From a virus (taxonomy: Duplodnaviria > Caudoviricetes): a stretch of 64,000 nucleotides of DNA. Position 1 is the first letter of the stretch. Each line of letters starts with the position of its first letter. Location of the stretch: the IMG/VR virus record IMGVR_UViG_3300012347_000469, positions 19,126 to 83,125 of that record; one strand, 5' to 3'. Position numbers and translations under genes: made by a program. The notes under the pieces are model-generated. The model was not told the DNA's origin, searched no databases, and saw nothing but the letters and a program-made list of their open reading frames with translations. Below are positions 63,992-64,000 of this stretch, piece after piece.

Positions 63992-64000
63992 ATATATTGT

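Overview
This is a 64-kb, AT-rich, densely coding segment of a large T4-like (contractile-tailed, probably jumbo-class) bacteriophage genome, read in the standard genetic code. It is almost entirely the virion morphogenesis module. Baseplate: a >3,900-aa wedge-like giant running off the left edge, gp6, gp25, gp5-like, hub, gp53 and tube initiator. Also present: gp26/gp51-like chaperones, a tape-measure-like protein with a lytic transglycosylase domain, portal, prohead protease, scaffold, major capsid protein, tail fibre genes, neck gp13/14/15, sheath, tube, gp4 and both terminase subunits. Interspersed are the gp55 late sigma factor, the gp47/gp46 nuclease, dNMP kinase and GIY-YIG and HNH nucleases. 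No tRNA, rRNA, CRISPR array, integrase or reverse transcriptase was seen. The most unusual signals are: (1) a ~500-nt non-coding, helix-dense region at 25440-25930 behind a GIY-YIG gene and a small DUF3820-like gene, a candidate large structured ncRNA; (2) a U-UUU-UUC slippery site plus hairpin that would fuse the gp26-like and gp51-like ORFs by -1 frameshifting; (3) a repeated late-promoter-plus-4/5-nt-ATG arrangement suggesting leaderless late mRNAs; (4) a gp15 gene whose apparent N-terminus has no canonical start codon; (5) a Maf/CstII-like glycosyltransferase inside the head operon. All family assignments come from motif recognition and gene context, not database searches.
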